A stretch of 63,858 bases of DNA, counting the filler, from Intoshia linei (taxonomy: Eukaryota > Animalia > Orthonectida), in assembly GCA_001642005.1 (NCBI GenBank). It is 7 parts of 7 records of this genome, joined end to end, with 100 filler letters (N's around TTAATTAATTAA, not from the genome) between each part and the next. Parts side by side here need not be neighbours in the genome. Positions count along the whole stretch, not along the records: positions 53,467 to 63,858 come from LWCA01001273.1; 6 more parts are not named here. The stretch is one strand, 5' to 3'. This document shows positions 59,609-63,858 of this stretch, one piece after another. Within the stretch, counting starts at the first letter, position 1, and the number at the start of each line of letters is the position of its first letter. The position numbers were made by a program, and so were the translations under genes. A model generated the notes under the pieces. That model did not search any database and was not told the DNA's origin. It worked only from the letters and a program-made list of their open reading frames with translations.

Positions 59609-62600
59609 ATGAATATTATCTTATTTTATGGATATTTTTATGGTAAATTTAATTTATTTTTATTAGTAATTATTATATATTTTAGTTTTTTTGGTTCAAA
59701 TTATAAATTGTGGTATTTTTTTAATGTTTATAAATTTACTTTAGAAAGTATTTTTAGTTTTGAGAGTTTAAAATTGTTTGAATTGTTTAATTTAACTATT
59801 GCGTTACGTATAATTATAATTACAATTGTATATTATTATTATTATGGAAACGCTAAGATGTAAATTTGAATATTATTGATGGAACAAAGTAAATATTGTT
59901 ACTTTTCTTTTAAAGATGGTATATGCCTAAAAACACATTATTAAATTTTCATATTCAATAGAGGTAAATCCGAAGCCATTGATTCGGTCTTTCGTGGCTT
60001 GACTGAATTTAATTGATAAATGATATCGATAAAAGTGAAATAACAGTATAATAATAAAATGTTTAAAATTTTTATAATGTTACTCAGTGTGAAAAATTTA
60101 AGATTCACGTTATATTTCATCTTTACCATTTTAGCAAATCAATTTTTCAATTTTTCAATTTCTCTAATTTAACATCGAGACTCGATTGTTATCATGATTT
60201 ATCGTCATGTCATCACAACACGTCTTTTTTAAAAAAACCAAACTTTTAAAATACATAATAATGTATACAAAATAAACCGTTCACAATCATCACATTTGGA
60301 CATCTATAAAATACATTAGTTTGGGTAAGTCCCTGATTTTTATATTCGAATTTTGAAAATTAACAATTATCTAATTACAGTCAGACTCCTCAATACCGCT
60401 AAAACATAAAAATATATCTTAAAAAATTTATTAAAATTTGATAAATCCTTAATTTAAAATTATAAATATTTTAGTATAAACTGTTATTATAGTAATTATT
60501 AATGTAGTTTTAAGTATATGTAGCTTACCTATCCCTAATTAAATTTACCAAGTAATCAAATTACATTAATAAACGCGTTTGTTGAATGAATAAAATTCAT
60601 TTTATCATTATTTTATCCATTTTACCATATCCATGATATATTCGCTATACCATTATACTCTCAATAACGCCAAACCTTCAATACCGCCATAAATATCAAA
60701 AAACCAAAATGGCGATATTAAGAGTATATATTGTCGTGTAGAATGTGTAACTCTGTGAAATGTACACATTCTTTGGGTTAGTCGTAAATGTGTAAAACTT
60801 TCATTTATATTTTAGTTTAATTTATTTAATTTAATTTTGAGTTTTAGAAATTTTTTTTGAACCAAACTTTAAGGGGTTTCTTAGAAATTTTTTTTTAAAC
60901 CAAACTTTAAGGGGTTTTCTAGAAATTTTTGCAAACCAAATGTTAAGGGACGTTTCATAGATTTTTTTTTGAAACCAAACTTTAAAGGGGTTTTTATGAA
61001 ATTTTTTTTCAACCAAAATTTTTTAAAACCCCTTAAAGTTTGGTTCAAAAAAAATTTCTAAAACTCCTCTTGAAAGTTTGGTCAAAAAATTTCAAAGGGG
61101 CAGTTAGACCCCTATGGGGTACCAGCTCATCTGATACCATGACTCATAAATTATACATATTTTTTTAACTCCCAAAAAAAATTAAAAAATAATTTGTAAT
61201 ACATGTTACATAATACATTGTAATATACGTACTTCCTTATATATTTACTTCTATTCGATAGTCACTATGATATTACAGTCCACATTAAATATATGTACGT
61301 TCCGTTTTTGTCAATTCAATCATTAACATTTTTCAGATATTAATTTTTGGTCGAGTAACGTTTTAACAATTTAAAAAATTTTTAATTCTTATGGTGTCAT
61401 AGTTACATTAAATTTAAATTATTATGGGGTACGAACTTATTTTCTTTCAGTTTAGGGTAATAAATGTAAAGTATATTGGGAACCGCTGATTTAAATTCAT
61501 TAAATATCTTTTTTTTATAAATATTTAATTTACTTTATTAAATGTACAATGTACTAATACGGTTATGATTTAATCTTTCATTCTTAATATTGAAAAATAT
61601 AATTTTTTAAAAAGATAATTTGGAAAAATGAGGCATTATTTTTCAAAAATTTCGTCGATGTCTCAAAAAAGGGCTCAGGTTGTTGTATTATTATTACCTT
61701 AAAAAATTGGAAATTTCAATCTATAAATTGAATACATTGTTATTTAGCAACTTGTCCTATTCAAAATTGTAAAATTTGTGAAAACCGTTCTCCGCAATGC
61801 ATTGAATGTAAAAATGGTTATTATATGGATGCTGAAAACATGACTTGCAAAAGTAAGTTTATAAAAACATAATCCAAAATTACAATGTAATTGTTGCCTT
61901 TTTTCAAGAATAAAATTTTAAATTTACATTACATTGACCAAAATGAAATAATTCGGAATTTTTAATTTTTTAAGTATTATTGATTTTAGTATGTCCATTT
62001 GGTTGTAACGAATGCAGTTCAAATACAGATTGCTTAAATTGTCAAATTCGTAGATATTGGATGAAAGAAACTAATTCTTGTGAAAGTATCTTTAATATAT
62101 TAAAATTAGTATATAAAGTAACATTCCATTATTAATAATCAATTTATTTTAATACTTAAGTTGCTTCATTTTTATACATATAATAGAATGCCCAATGTAC
62201 TGCAAACAGTGTTCAAGCAAATTAACGTGTGATGTATGCTTAGAATCTTATCATCGTAAATACAAGGATATAAATTGCATAGGTAAAAATTTTAATCGAT
62301 CCATTATTGTCTAAAAATTAAAAATAACAACTGGAAATCGCCATTTTTCATCATAATTTTCACATACTGAAGAAATGACCAACATAACCTGTTAATAAAT
62401 TAAAATATTAGGCCCTTATGATTGTAGGCCCGGGTAATTTGGATCCTACCGTCTGTCTCCACGGCCCTGCATAGCCCTTAGACAAGTCTATATATAATTA
62501 TATACAAGGCTATGGACTAGATATTTTAAATTTAATTCAACAAAATAGTTATGATATTTAAAAATATATTTTTTTAATATTCAGTTTTGAAACAGTTTAA

Positions 62601-63449
62601 TACTAATTTTACCAAAGTTTCATCGAGGCCTCCACCCGAAGAACCGCCTCGGTACGGTAGGTTCGGCACTGCCCTATAGTAGATACTGTTTAATTTTTTT
62701 AAAAGTTGCAAAAAATTTCAATTGTTGCCTACTAATAATATAAGAACATTAAATCAGACACTACTGGTAAATAAATATATATTAATTAATCAATTATTAT
62801 CAATATCAAATATTAATCAAAATTCATTAATATATTCTTAGCCTGTTCAAAAAATTGTTGGGCTTGTAATACTCCATCTGACTGCAAAGCATGTGAAATC
62901 GGTACCTATTTAACTGGAGAAGTTAGAAAACAATTTTGTTTAGGTATTGTTTAATTTATGGTGACTTGGAATATACATATACATAATAATTATATTATAA
63001 ATATTACATATTATAATTATTACACATTTTATGCCTAATGTATCTATAATTATTAAAGTTACTTCATAGCCTGTCCATTAAACTGTTTGATATGCGAAAA
63101 CGAAAATTATTGCATGAAATGTGAATCTGGGTTTCAATGGAATGCTGAATTAAAACGTTGTACAAGTAATTCACAATTATATTTAATAACAGCTTAATTG
63201 ACTTTATTATTATATGGTATAATTCTATTCTTGAAAACAGATGATTGTGGCAATATAAGTTGTACAAGCTTAGGGAAGAATTGTGATGTTGGATATTACC
63301 TTGGTGAAAATTTATGTAAAAGTAAATAATATGTTGAAAGATATAAAAATTTAAATCAGAATGTCCGGATAATAATAAAATTAATTGCGAACAATGTACC
63401 TTCCAGAACAAAGGAAATGTTTGGGATAATAACGCAAATATTTGCAGAA
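59609..63449 (+). CDS. Secreted CxxC/furin-like cysteine-rich repeat protein, 5' portion (continues past window)
   Basis: Signal peptide from exons 59609-59642 and 59686-59712 (MNIILFYGYFYVFLVQIINC). Phase 1-1 exons 61748-61852, 61990-62085, 62187-62282, 62842-62943, 63070-63165, 63241-63321 and 63360-63449 each encode one CP..C..C....C..C..G.......C repeat. Confidence 0.85.
60845..61090. repeat. Minisatellite array with orientation switch (inverted repeat)
   Basis: Units accaaactttaaggggttt run to ~61020, then the reverse complement aaaccccttaaagtttggtt follows. Confidence 0.8.
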
Positions 63450-63858
63450 GTAATAATATTAACATTAGCTTCTTTCATAATTATACTTATTATTATAATA
63501 TAATATAAGAAACTATTATAATACTACTACTCTGTATTTTAAAATGTACAATGTATATCAGATGTTCCCAAAGTGTGCGATTAATTCAGTTAGGGTCATT
63601 TTCAGCTGGAGCGATTTTAAAAAATATTATATAATACTATAATATGGAGTAGGGCGTTTATGAATTTTTTTGTTGTAAGGGCATATTTTTATCGCCAGTT
63701 TGAGATCCATTGAGATAAACAGTGACACATTAATAAATATATAATTTTCATTAATATTAAAATCGGCTATTGACTTCGAAATATTTTATAATCATATATA
63801 TAGTAAACATGGTCGAAACTTTTTTCAAGTGGCAGTTGAAAACATATATTGCTAAAAA

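Noticed and set aside
59609-59863. 84-aa hydrophobic single-exon ORF
   Set aside because: Better explained as two signal-peptide micro-exons plus T-rich intron read-through.

Overview
This is very AT-rich eukaryotic (metazoan-type) genomic DNA, not prokaryotic. It is read in the standard code with GT-AG introns, many only about 33-50 nt, so the ORF track captures only exon fragments. Six ~100-nt N-spacers, each with a central TTAATTAATTAA, cut the window into seven segments, and genes stop at these spacers without resuming. Gene models assembled by hand: NARS (5' part), syntaxin-7/12, BCAP31/29, neurobeachin/LRBA (3' part), MAD1 (3' part), a miniature NEPRO/Rmp1-like gene, a shortened tektin, V-ATPase V0 subunit a (3' part), an orphan secreted precursor, HIBCH (5' part) and a secreted CxxC/furin-like repeat protein built from phase-1 symmetric exons. 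Introns and intergenic DNA are full of decayed transposons: non-autonomous Helitrons, hAT, Tc1, pogo/Tigger, piggyBac, Ty3/Gypsy, MITEs and a ~31-nt minisatellite. The compact gene structure suggests a reduced, possibly parasitic invertebrate (orthonectid-like); this is inference only. The best novelty candidates are the orphan precursor (signal, KR, acidic tract, cationic helix, KR, helical domain) at 38281-42591, the exon-modular Cys-rich protein at 59609-63449, the tektin lacking its RPNVELCRD signature, and the minimal NEPRO-like gene that nearly abuts MAD1. All homology calls are from recognition of motifs; no searches were run.
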